A DNA stretch of 44,375 bases, taken from the sequence record NC_019704.1; one strand, 5' to 3'. Below are positions 29,583-37,536 of the stretch, one piece after another. The translations under genes and the position numbers were made by a program. The notes beneath the pieces were generated by a model. It had not been told where the DNA came from and did no database searches. It worked only from the letters and a program-made list of their open reading frames with translations. How positions within the stretch are numbered: the stretch's first letter is position 1; every line of letters starts with the position of its first letter. Source of the stretch: Enterobacteria phage mEp237.

Positions 29583-29789
29583 CTAGTGGCTGAGTCCATG
29601 CCCCAGACCGTTCAGATAAACTTCAACCAGCAAATCCTTGGTGTAAGTCATTTCTACGCCGCGATGCAGATACAAACGTCCGCGAGCGTTAGCTGATGCC
29701 GTCCAGGTTGAGTCTTTGTGTTTGACGAGCATCCCCGGCTGAACTGCGCCGCGGTTTACTGTCTGTGTACCGTAGTGCTGATGAACCAT
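29583..29789 (-). CDS. Hypothetical early-region protein
   Basis: 68-aa ORF in the minus-strand early operon. Confidence 0.45.
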   Translation of the reverse strand: MVHQHYGTQTVNRGAVQPGMLVKHKDSTWTASANARGRLYLHRGVEMTYTKDLLVEVYLNGLGHGLSH

Positions 29790-30122
29790 GATGTTCTCCA
29801 GTTTTCTGAGTGAACTTCGCTGGTGGTGCCGTGACGCTGATCTTCACGGTTGAGCTTTTTCACTCTGCAATTCACCACCGCGAAGCTCACTTCTGTGTTT
29901 GCCCTTGTCGCCAGGCTGGCGGAACGTTTCAAACCTACTGCGCGTTAATCTCACCACCTCATTCCGGTTTTCGTATGCCCCGGACGGCTACTTCGTGGGC
30001 GTCCTGCCTCGGTGGTTGTGTTGATGGAGTAAGTAAAACACCGCTTTACCATTAAGTCAAGCAATGCAGATGCAAAAGGTAAAGCATAGCTGTATGTTGG
30101 GCGAAATTTATCCAGATTAGAG

Positions 30123-30374
30123 ATGATTGCATCAACTAAAAGTGTGTATGATGAAAAAAAACATCATTGGGGGTGGGATGTGGAAAAGTTCTACGTGGGT
30201 TACAACGATGTATGTCAGGCGGTAGGTAGAGCGACGCTGAATCTGATATCACATGGAGACGCGCCAACTACTGAGGCGATCATTTCAATACTTGAGTCGC
30301 TGGGGGATATTGAGCAGAACGATTTTTGGCGACAGGTGTTCAGGTTTGCAGCTGAGGAAGTGCGAAAAGGGTAG
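30123..30374 (+). CDS. Hypothetical protein, convergent with the three-gene operon
   Basis: 83-aa ORF ending 11 nt before the shared hairpin at 30385-30404; weak RBS. Confidence 0.4.
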   Translation: MIASTKSVYDEKKHHWGWDVEKFYVGYNDVCQAVGRATLNLISHGDAPTTEAIISILESLGDIEQNDFWRQVFRFAAEEVRKG

Positions 30375-30384
30375 GCAAAAGAAA

Positions 30385-30404
30385 CCCGGCGCGGTGGCCG
30401 GGTC
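30385..30404 (-). terminator. Terminator hairpin closing the minus-strand three-gene operon
   Basis: 7-bp stem ACCCGGC / GCCGGGT with 6-nt loop, 5 nt past the stop of the last gene; minus-strand downstream sequence is T-rich. Confidence 0.6.
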
Positions 30405-30408
30405 GATT

Positions 30409-30822
30409 CTACCCAAATGGTAGCTCAATATTCTTGATAGTTGTTGGCTTAAGTATTTGTTCACATTGTGTTTTAAAGAATATTTTTACGTTATATTCAA
30501 AGAACCATCGGTTTTCATCAAGTAATTCTGGTGTTAAATCGATACTGTCTGGATAAGTGAATACTAAACGTAAACCAAATTGCAGGTTAAACGTTTCATG
30601 GATTGCCCCATCACTGGTCGTGCTGAGACCTACAACCTTTGGGGAAGCAGTTATCTCAATTATACTTAGTGCTTCATCGGATTTTAATTTTTTACCGGCT
30701 TCGACAGTAATCTCACCGATCTCAGCTTCAAAATTGCCCCTATTAGTACCACTTTTCAAAGGGGTATGCTTGAAATGTATGTTGCTAGTGCTGACCTCAA
30801 TGAGCCTTATCTCTGATAACAT
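30409..30822 (-). CDS. Unknown protein, third gene of the AT-rich operon
   Basis: 137 aa; about 30% GC; overlaps the preceding gene by 16 nt; no family recognised. Confidence 0.65.
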   Translation of the reverse strand: MLSEIRLIEVSTSNIHFKHTPLKSGTNRGNFEAEIGEITVEAGKKLKSDEALSIIEITASPKVVGLSTTSDGAIHETFNLQFGLRLVFTYPDSIDLTPELLDENRWFFEYNVKIFFKTQCEQILKPTTIKNIELPFG

Positions 30823-31253
30823 AAAATACCCACATCATTGTTGTCGTTGCTAGAGCCAAACTTACTTCCTATCACAAAGCGCACAATTTTTGTTTCACTA
30901 GTATCTTTCAGTTCGGGTTCACTAGTCTCATATTGCCTTAATGGTGGAATGATGTGATGTGAGACATCAACCCCATTTCTGAAAACAGAGACCCTTGCTT
31001 CAGCACCCAGTGCGTATGATATGTCGGATAATGTTCTCAGGGTCATGTTTCTGGTTCCATCAAGCAGCTGCGAAACATGGGAAGGTGATTTACCAAGTTT
31101 CCTGGCAAGCTCACCTTTGGTGATGCCTGCATCTTGCATGGCTAGTAGGAGATCCTCCGTGGTGTTGAACACCAATCGTTCGGAAGCCATCTCCCTTTCA
31201 CTGACATAGGGAAGTTCGAAAACTTCGCCTGCAGAATTGTTGTCAACAGTCAT
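30807..31253 (-). CDS. XRE-family HTH protein with N- and C-terminal extensions, second gene of the operon
   Basis: 148 aa; HTH_3-like core (ITKGELARKLGKSPSHVSQLLDGTRNMTLRTLSDISYALG); GAGAGAGGA RBS; overlaps both neighbours. Confidence 0.75.
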   Translation of the reverse strand: MTVDNNSAGEVFELPYVSEREMASERLVFNTTEDLLLAMQDAGITKGELARKLGKSPSHVSQLLDGTRNMTLRTLSDISYALGAEARVSVFRNGVDVSHHIIPPLRQYETSEPELKDTSETKIVRFVIGSKFGSSNDNNDVGILCYQR

Positions 31254-31650
31254 CTAATCCTCTCTCGATTCGTTCCCAGTTGTTACGGACCTTCTGGGTA
31301 TCAGAATCACTTAGGTCATCAAAATCCTTGTAGATGTAATGACTTATGAAATAAGTCATGAATACTCTTTCTGACTCCCAGTAATAACCTCTGATGGGTA
31401 TCTTCTTTATAGCCCAAAAATTTTTGCTGGGTTTTCCATTGTAAGAAGGTAAAACCCCCTCCTTTCTAACACTTAGGTCGGGAGTCCTCTTACCAGAGGC
31501 TAATCGCTCTATTTGTAGTCTAAGATTGACTACCATAGTTTTTTGCTTTTTGGCTGGAGTCACGCTCCGGATGACATCAGATAGCGTTTTAAGAGCCCCA
31601 TTACAATGAGTTACTGTGAAGCAGTTACCTTTAAATGTATGTTGAACCAT
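31243..31650 (-). CDS. Unknown protein, first gene of the operon
   Basis: 135 aa; AT-rich; palindromic operator-like element upstream; no family recognised (RelE/HigB-like fold is only a guess). Confidence 0.65.
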   Translation of the reverse strand: MVQHTFKGNCFTVTHCNGALKTLSDVIRSVTPAKKQKTMVVNLRLQIERLASGKRTPDLSVRKEGVLPSYNGKPSKNFWAIKKIPIRGYYWESERVFMTYFISHYIYKDFDDLSDSDTQKVRNNWERIERGLDDC

Positions 31651-31662
31651 CTACTAATCCAT

Positions 31663-31682
31663 AGTTAACATATATATTAACT
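31663..31682. promoter_or_regulatory. Near-palindromic operator-like element upstream of the three-gene operon
   Basis: AGTTAACATATATATTAACT: 20-bp dyad with two mismatches, 13-32 bp upstream of the first start codon. Confidence 0.5.
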
Positions 31683-31929
31683 CACAAAATGCACGCGAGC
31701 CACCATCATCGTACACAGATAATCCAAAATCGTTGTTAGCAACTTAGCTACCCCACTATGGTAGCGGCTGCGATTGTTGACAGACGAAGCTCACCTTTAT
31801 TTCCAAGATTCATGTGCTTAGAATAAAAAAACATCTAGGACTTCAGGAAAAGCACATAGATGCGGTACATATTTTGTTGCTCTTCTTCTGGTTGTTAGCG
31901 ATAAAACTCACAAAACTTACTTTTCCGCT

Positions 31930-32121
31930 TCACAATAACACCATTACTGTAACCACTACGAATGCTATCAATAGCACTGCCATAACGATGACCGCAAAAG
32001 TTGTTGAGTCCTTAAAGTAAGTCTTTTCATGCCCATTCACAGGACCAATGAGCATGATCCAGATGAAAATGAAGGTAAAGCAAAGAACAGCGATGGAAAT
32101 TAAAAACAGGCCAGTTTTCAA
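31930..32121 (-). CDS. Small membrane protein (two predicted TM helices), TTG start
   Basis: 63 aa, strongly hydrophobic (LFLISIAVLCFTFIFIWIMLIGPV ... FAVIVMAVLLIAFVVVTVMVLL); GAGGGA RBS; sits directly downstream of the repressor genes. Confidence 0.5.
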   Translation of the reverse strand: MKTGLFLISIAVLCFTFIFIWIMLIGPVNGHEKTYFKDSTTFAVIVMAVLLIAFVVVTVMVLL

Positions 32122-32153
32122 TAATGTCCCTCGCCATTTTCATCAGATGCTAC

Positions 32154-32546
32154 TTACTCAGAATCACCCTTAATCCGCCGCCCCATATACTTGGCGTACA
32201 GTTCATCGAGTTCCTTCAGGCGCAGTGATACCGCCTTAAGAACTCCACTCTGATCCTCTTCGGGGAGTTGACGGAAAAAACGTAAAAGCTCTTGCTCATT
32301 ACTTTTTAATCCATCATTGGGCCCTATATCCTGCCCCAAAACCCAGGCTAAATTCACACCAAGCGCATCAGCTAGCTTAAGTGCGGAGTTTTTTCCAATA
32401 GTTCCCCTTACAAACCAGTTGTTAACCGACTGGGATGTTACGCCACAAATTCTGGCCAGATCTGCTTTTGAGAGATGTTTACTATTCGTGATCTCATTGA
32501 GTCGTCTGACCTGTGGGTTATCTGATTCGTGTGTATTTTTTCTCAT
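32154..32546 (-). CDS. DicA/RacR-like HTH repressor paralog (no peptidase domain)
   Basis: N-terminal XRE HTH (LSKADLARICGVTSQSVNNWF) and C-terminal LPEEDQ...LRLKELDELYAKYM segment shared with the adjacent paralog; start taken at internal ATG. Confidence 0.75.
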   Translation of the reverse strand: MRKNTHESDNPQVRRLNEITNSKHLSKADLARICGVTSQSVNNWFVRGTIGKNSALKLADALGVNLAWVLGQDIGPNDGLKSNEQELLRFFRQLPEEDQSGVLKAVSLRLKELDELYAKYMGRRIKGDSE

Positions 32547-32565
32547 GTACAAGAGTATCACTTAG

Positions 32566-32949
32566 CTAATCAGCATCGCCCCTGATTCTGCGATTCATGT
32601 ACTTGGCATATAGTTCATCGAGTTCCTTCAGACGCAGGGAGAAGATCCTTATCATATTCTGCTGTTCTTCTTCCGGTAACTGTCTGTAGAGCTCCAGAAT
32701 ACGTTGTTCATCAGGCTTAAGGCCATCCTTCTCTCCAACATCCTCACCAAGTAGCCAGGGGACGGATACCCCAGCAGCATCAGCAACCGCTAATGCAGAA
32801 CTTTTGCTGATTCTTCCTGTTTTGAACCAACTGGAAACAGCTTGCTTACTGACGCCAGCAACCCTGGCCATCTCTGTTTTAGAGAAACCTTTCCGGTTCA
32901 GTTCTGTAAGCCTGGAGATCAGCCCAGTAGTCATTGTGTTTTCGCTCAT
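32566..32949 (-). CDS. DicA/RacR-like phage repressor (CI analog without S24 peptidase domain)
   Basis: HTH (FSKTEMARVAGVSKQAVSSWF) plus C-terminal LPEEEQ...LRLKELDELYAKYM domain; divergent from the cro-like gene; start could be 32934, 32949 or 33033. Confidence 0.8.
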   Translation of the reverse strand: MSENTMTTGLISRLTELNRKGFSKTEMARVAGVSKQAVSSWFKTGRISKSSALAVADAAGVSVPWLLGEDVGEKDGLKPDEQRILELYRQLPEEEQQNMIRIFSLRLKELDELYAKYMNRRIRGDAD

Positions 32950-32958
32950 TTCACTAGT

Positions 32959-33024
32959 GTAAATGATTGCTTTACCAGTAGGTAGGCATTCATTGATTGA
33001 CTCATTGGTAAAATGATGCTTTAC
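32959..33024. promoter_or_regulatory. Divergent immunity promoter/operator region with two dyad-symmetric operator-like sites
   Basis: GTAAATGATTGCTTTAC (32959-32975) and GTAAAATGATGCTTTAC (33008-33024), each GTAAA-N-TTTAC, 49 bp apart; candidate -35 TTGACT at 32997-33002. Confidence 0.55.
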
Positions 33025-33046
33025 TTTTTCCATCTAAGGAGGTCCT

Positions 33047-33271
33047 ATGACTGGTATTGAGAAAGCTATTCAAAAGTTTGGCACAGGTGCGGCACTCGGA
33101 AGAGCGCTTGGATTTTCAAAAATGACAATTTCCAACTGGAAGAAAACTGGCATTCCGCCCGATCACATTCGCTCTGTTTTTGAGCTTACGGGAGTCACCC
33201 CGCATGAGTTGCGGCCTGACTTATATCCCAATCCAACCGATGCCTTACCAGTGCAAGAAACGAGGGCATAA
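33047..33271 (+). CDS. Cro-like / YdaS-family HTH regulator
   Basis: 74 aa; divergent from the repressor; YdaS/Cro-like pattern (GTGAALGRALGFSKMTISNWKKTG...ELRPDLYP); AGGAGG RBS. Confidence 0.8.
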   Translation: MTGIEKAIQKFGTGAALGRALGFSKMTISNWKKTGIPPDHIRSVFELTGVTPHELRPDLYPNPTDALPVQETRA

Positions 33272-33273
33272 CC

Positions 33274-33813
33274 ATGCAGTCACTGTCACTTCATCAAAAT
33301 AGCGGATATCAACCGGCTGCGATGATAAATCGCAATCAACCTGTCTCGGTAGATAAACATGACCAGATCCGCGATGCCGTTCGTGCGTGGGCGGGTGTAG
33401 ATGGTCAGGATGTCGTTTCTGCTCTGATCATCGAAGAGTACCAGGCTCAAGGGGGAGACGAGATCACTTTCCCTGATGACCTCAGCCGACAGCGTCAGAA
33501 GCTTTTCCGCTTTCTGGATAACCATTTCAACAGCGAACGGTACCGCGAAAACGTTCGCCAGCTGACTCCGGCAATCCTCGCTGTCCTGCCGATTGAATAC
33601 CGCAATCGTCTGCTACCAGAAGACAACGTAATGGCTCGTCTGGCAAGGCTGGAGAAGGAAACCAGCGAAGCGAAGATTGCTGTCGCAATGGATGCGCCAC
33701 GTCATCAGAAGCTGAAAGAGTTGAGCGAGGGGATCGTGGAGATGTATCGCGTTGACCCTGGGTTAACCGGTCCGTTGATGGAAATGGTGCAGATTATGCT
33801 GGGGGCTATATGA
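33274..33813 (+). CDS. CII-like / YdaT-like early regulator
   Basis: 179 aa at the cII position between cro-like and O; family assignment from memory only. Confidence 0.5.
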   Translation: MQSLSLHQNSGYQPAAMINRNQPVSVDKHDQIRDAVRAWAGVDGQDVVSALIIEEYQAQGGDEITFPDDLSRQRQKLFRFLDNHFNSERYRENVRQLTPAILAVLPIEYRNRLLPEDNVMARLARLEKETSEAKIAVAMDAPRHQKLKELSEGIVEMYRVDPGLTGPLMEMVQIMLGAI

Positions 33814-33897
33814 CCGGTTCAAAAATGGCGAAAGCCGCGGTGCTCGAACACCAACGGCTTTCAGGTGCAAAAACAGTGCGTAATTGCGGAGAACAGT

Positions 33898-34806
33898 ATG
33901 TCAAACACCGCTGAAATAATCAATTTCCCAAATAAAACCGAACAACCGGGAGGTCGTATGGCCGACCTGTCGAACGGGTATACCAAGGTCGCTAACGAGA
34001 TCCAACAGCTTAAGCCTCGCCTGAGACTGTCAGGCCGGGAATGGCAATGTTTTGAGGCGGTGATCTGGCTTACCTACGGCTGGAACAAGAAACAGGACCG
34101 CGTGACAAATACGGTTATTGCCGAGCTTACGGGCCTGAGCGATACGCATGTATCGGACGCGCTTAAGTCTCTCGCAGAACGCAAAATCATCTTTTCACAG
34201 AAGCAGGGCATGATGAAAATCGTCGGTGTAAACACTGACCTTTCAGCATGGATTTTAGACAAACCGGAAACGGGAAGAAAATTCCCGAAAACGGGAAAAT
34301 CCTTCCCGAAATCAGGAATAACCTTCCCGAAAACGGTAGACACCCAATACAAGAACAAGAACAGTATTAAAAGATCTTCGTCCGAGAATTCTGACGAATC
34401 CTCTGACGCACGTCTGAAGAAATTTTTATCAACTCATCCTGAAGCTGCGGTCTACACACCATCCGGTGCGAAGTGGGGCTCTGCTGAAGACCTCGAGACA
34501 GCTAAGTGGATTTCCTCCAGGGTAAAGCTGATTAACCCAACCTGCAAAGCCCCGGACATGACCTCCTGGTCTAACACTGTTCGCCTGATGCGCCAGATAG
34601 ACAACCGGTCGCACCAGGACATCTGCGCGCTGTATGACTGGGCTAGCAAACACCACTTCTGGCAGACCAACATCCTGAGTCCCGAAAGCCTGCGTAAGCA
34701 GTGGGACAAGCTGACAATGCAGCGTAACGCCGGAGGTGAGCAGCGCGCTGTCAAGCCAGATCTGGACTTCAACAACACTGACTGGGCCTATGGGGTGATC
34801 CGATGA
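33898..34806 (+). CDS. O: Replication initiator (lambda gpO homolog)
   Basis: Start MSNTAEIINF... with GGAGA RBS matches the lambda O N-terminus (MTNTAKILNF); iterons inside the gene. Confidence 0.88.
   Translation: MSNTAEIINFPNKTEQPGGRMADLSNGYTKVANEIQQLKPRLRLSGREWQCFEAVIWLTYGWNKKQDRVTNTVIAELTGLSDTHVSDALKSLAERKIIFSQKQGMMKIVGVNTDLSAWILDKPETGRKFPKTGKSFPKSGITFPKTVDTQYKNKNSIKRSSSENSDESSDARLKKFLSTHPEAAVYTPSGAKWGSAEDLETAKWISSRVKLINPTCKAPDMTSWSNTVRLMRQIDNRSHQDICALYDWASKHHFWQTNILSPESLRKQWDKLTMQRNAGGEQRAVKPDLDFNNTDWAYGVIR
34262..34340. repeat. Origin of replication iterons inside the O gene
   Basis: Four about 20-bp direct repeats with core TTCCCGAAAACGG at roughly 34264, 34282, 34303 and 34324, followed by A/T-richer sequence. 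Confidence 0.8.
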
Positions 34807-35492
34807 AATCTCTTGCAGAGCAGATGCGTAACCACGACCGCGAGCAGATGAGCCGCATGGCCCATAACCTGCCAGAGCAGTACCAGGAGTGCGCGACGGT
34901 CGAGCAGGTGGCGCAGGTATTCAACAAGCTGTTCAACGAGCTGCGCGCCGCGTTCCCGGCCAGCATGGCGAACTTCCGCACCCAGGAAGACCTGAACGAA
35001 TTCCGCCGTCAGTGGCTGCTGGCGTTTCAGGAGAACGGGATCCACACCATGGCTCAGGTCGATGCCGGCATGCGCATTGCCCGCCGCCAGGAGCGCCCAT
35101 TCCTGCCGTCGCCGGGCCAGTTCGTCGCCTGGTGCAAGCAGAGCGGCGGCGCGCTGGGCGTCAACGTTGACCAGGTGATCGCCGAATACTGGGACTGGCG
35201 TAACCGCTCGTTCGAATTCATCTCCAGCGAGCAATTTCCATGGTCGCAGCCGGTCATGTACCACATTTGCGTAGAATTGCGCCACCGCAGCACCGAGCGC
35301 CAGTTAACGCATGGTGAACTGGCACGCGAGGCAGGCGATCTGCTGGACATGTGGGAAAGGCGCGTCACCGAGGGTAAGCCAGTGCCGCCGGTACGCCGGG
35401 CTATTGCCGCACCAGCTGCCGAGCAAGGGCCGACGCCGATCCAGCTGCTGCTGGCCAAGTACAACCGCAACAAGTCGAACGGGATGGTGTGA
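34803..35492 (+). CDS. P: Replication protein (lambda gpP homolog, helicase loader)
   Basis: 229 aa; strong similarity to remembered lambda P (RQERPFLPSPGQFVAWC); ATGA overlap with O. Confidence 0.92.
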   Translation: MKSLAEQMRNHDREQMSRMAHNLPEQYQECATVEQVAQVFNKLFNELRAAFPASMANFRTQEDLNEFRRQWLLAFQENGIHTMAQVDAGMRIARRQERPFLPSPGQFVAWCKQSGGALGVNVDQVIAEYWDWRNRSFEFISSEQFPWSQPVMYHICVELRHRSTERQLTHGELAREAGDLLDMWERRVTEGKPVPPVRRAIAAPAAEQGPTPIQLLLAKYNRNKSNGMV

Positions 35493-35493
35493 C

Positions 35494-35838
35494 ATGAACA
35501 TAACAATCCGTGAGCAGGTGCTGGCAGCCCTGCGCAACAACCCAGGGTTGAACAACGCCAAACTGGCAGGGCTTATCGGCATGGACACCAAAAAGATATC
35601 CGGAACGGTGAGCACGCTGCTGGCAGACGGCCTGATCCGCTGCGAAGGAAAATACGGCCAGCGCCTTTACAGCCTGACCAGCTACGGAATGCGCTTCGCC
35701 CCTGACACGATACCTGGCATGAAGCAGGGTAAGTCGAAGTTAATTCAGCGGACGGACACAAACGTGATCTGCCAGGAGTGCCGCAACAGCGCGGCGATGA
35801 GAAGGGTATTGATGGTTTGGGGGAGGGTAGGGGTATGA
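35494..35838 (+). CDS. ren: Ren-like protein
   Basis: 114 aa after P; C-terminal ECRNSAAMRRVLMVWGRV resembles lambda Ren ECRQSAAMKRVLAVYGV. Confidence 0.7.
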   Translation: MNITIREQVLAALRNNPGLNNAKLAGLIGMDTKKISGTVSTLLADGLIRCEGKYGQRLYSLTSYGMRFAPDTIPGMKQGKSKLIQRTDTNVICQECRNSAAMRRVLMVWGRVGV

Positions 35839-36032
35839 AAATCGAAGATATCAAAAACGTTGCGGTGTTCTTCAATATGAACGGCAAGACAGTAGCGTTA
35901 CGAATGGATGCTGAGCAGAAGCGGATCGTCGCATTAATGGCGCTTAACACGGCTGATGCTCGGGCAGAACTGATTGAAGTGCCGCACATGACTTTACCAG
36001 CAGACCCAGCCATGGAGGAGGCCGCCCAATGA
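35835..36032 (+). CDS. Hypothetical protein
   Basis: 65-aa ORF (MKIEDIKNVAV...) with ATGA overlap to ren and a G-rich RBS. Confidence 0.5.
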   Translation: MKIEDIKNVAVFFNMNGKTVALRMDAEQKRIVALMALNTADARAELIEVPHMTLPADPAMEEAAQ

Positions 36033-36047
36033 GCAACATCGACAAAC

Positions 36048-36452
36048 GTGGATTACGGGAAGCAGCGGAGAAGGCGACGAAAGGCGGGTGGGCTGCACGT
36101 AGGGGAGGTGAAAACCACTCTTGCGGTCGATGAATACGACGAACATCGCGCGCAGCTGGCGTTGGAGTTCCTGCGTAAGTACTGCGGTGAGGATTGCGAC
36201 GGGCTGGTAGATATTGACAGAATCACTTTTCGCATCGTTGATATCGGTATGCGGATGCTGCAACCGCACGAGCTATACCGCGTGCAGGGCTTCCCGGAGT
36301 GGTACATCATCGATCAGGACTATCGGGGGCAGAAGTACGCGAAGGACAAGCAGGTTGCGCGTTGTGGCAACGCAGTTCCGCCGCCATTCGCCGAGGCACT
36401 GGTGAGAGCTAATTTACCGGAGCTTTGTCAGCAGAAAGAGATCGCAGCTTAA
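36048..36452 (+). pseudogene. Truncated DNA cytosine-5 methyltransferase (C-terminal fragment only)
   Basis: Only C-terminal motifs present (RMLQPHELYRVQGFPEWY, ARCGNAVPPPFAEAL); no motif I/IV region upstream; a diverged second copy of the last about 20 codons lies at 36975-37040. Confidence 0.65.
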
Positions 36453-36551
36453 TGTCCGAGTTTCAGAACATGGTGTAACAAATCCTGCTACTTCAATGAC
36501 GTAGATTCAAACCTGATATAATTAGGCTCTTCACAACACGAGGAGCCTAAA

Positions 36552-36788
36552 ATGCACCATTACATGATCCCTATCAACGGAACTGTTCACCTGATCAAGA
36601 CTGACTCTCTAATCCCTGAAGGGACTGAGTATAGCTTTGAAGGAGAAAGTCTAATCTGCGCTCATGCCACTTTTAAATCTGGGACGTATGGCTTCCTGAT
36701 ACCAAAGGGAAATCAGTTGAATAGAGAGCATGCGTTCTGGCATGTAAGTGGAATTCACCCTAATCCCCTGGGAATGGATAAATCGTAA
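36552..36788 (+). CDS. Hypothetical protein in a cassette inserted into the methyltransferase remnant
   Basis: 78-aa ORF with GAGGAG RBS; followed by a 14-bp-stem hairpin. Confidence 0.5.
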   Translation: MHHYMIPINGTVHLIKTDSLIPEGTEYSFEGESLICAHATFKSGTYGFLIPKGNQLNREHAFWHVSGIHPNPLGMDKS

Positions 36789-37057
36789 TCCATAATATGC
36801 ATGCCATCGTCCTGAACATACGGTGGCATGCATCCGGCACTACAACAGAAACGTTAAAGTGCAAACAATACAATTCGAGCAATATTCAACCTGTCACAGA
36901 TGGCGAATACCACCGCCATTTCGTGCATTCTGTGGTTTCTATTACCCATTGCGTTAATGCTGTCCAATCATCAGCTCGCTGAGGCGCTGGTTAGGGCTAA
37001 CCTACAGGAGCTTTGTCAGCAGAAACAAATAGCGGCGTAATAAAACATCGCTAATTC

Positions 37058-37085
37058 AACCCGCTACGGCGGGTTTTCTTTTTTT
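37058..37085 (+). terminator. Intrinsic terminator after the methyltransferase remnant
   Basis: Stem AACCCGC / GCGGGTT with loop TACG, followed by an 11-nt T-rich run. Confidence 0.7.
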
Positions 37086-37147
37086 ACTACTGACAGAAAA
37101 TTAACAATTTGTGCTCTTAAAACGTTGATCATTTCCGCGCATAGGTA

Positions 37148-37167
37148 TACTGTATAAAAACACAGTA
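37148..37167. promoter_or_regulatory. LexA (SOS) box upstream of the second DinI-like gene
   Basis: TACTGTATAAAAACACAGTA: perfect CTGT-N8-ACAG (37150-37165), about 20 nt upstream of the start codon. Confidence 0.78.
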
Positions 37168-37185
37168 CATGCAATGGGGGCCATT

Positions 37186-37419
37186 ATGAAAGTTGAATTA
37201 ACCATTGATCGCATGAAAGAACTTCCTAAAGGCGCAGTACCAGCACTGGAGAAAGAACTGCTTAAGCGCCTGAATGATCACTATGACAATTGCAGGCTCA
37301 CAATCCGCCGTGCCGGGGCCGATGGGTTAAGTGTTTTTGGTGGTGACAAGGACGATAAAAAGAAAATTGAATCAATCCTCCAGGATACCTGGGAAAGCGC
37401 TGACGACTGGTTTTATTAG
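37186..37419 (+). CDS. dinI: DinI-family protein
   Basis: 77 aa from MKVELTIDR; matches remembered E. coli DinI pattern including C-terminal ESILQDTWESADDWF; G-rich RBS. Confidence 0.88.
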   Translation: MKVELTIDRMKELPKGAVPALEKELLKRLNDHYDNCRLTIRRAGADGLSVFGGDKDDKKKIESILQDTWESADDWFY

Positions 37420-37536
37420 AATTGCGCTTAAGGCTGGCGCGCATTTTTCAGAATACCGCAATTTGCGTAACCCTCTGATGCTGCTGCCGACAATCTTTAA
37501 TCGCGTCTGTTAGTCGCTCGAAGGGAGAACATAAAT

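Noticed and set aside
31814-32020. 68-aa plus-strand ORF overlapping the small membrane protein gene
   Set aside because: It overlaps the minus-strand hydrophobic ORF, which has an RBS and matches the orientation of the neighbouring operons; only one of the two is likely real and I favour the minus-strand one.
36797-36982. 61-aa plus-strand ORF inside the inserted cassette
   Set aside because: It overlaps the duplicated methyltransferase 3' remnant and the large hairpin, has no convincing RBS and has an odd composition; more likely a chance ORF across a recombination junction.
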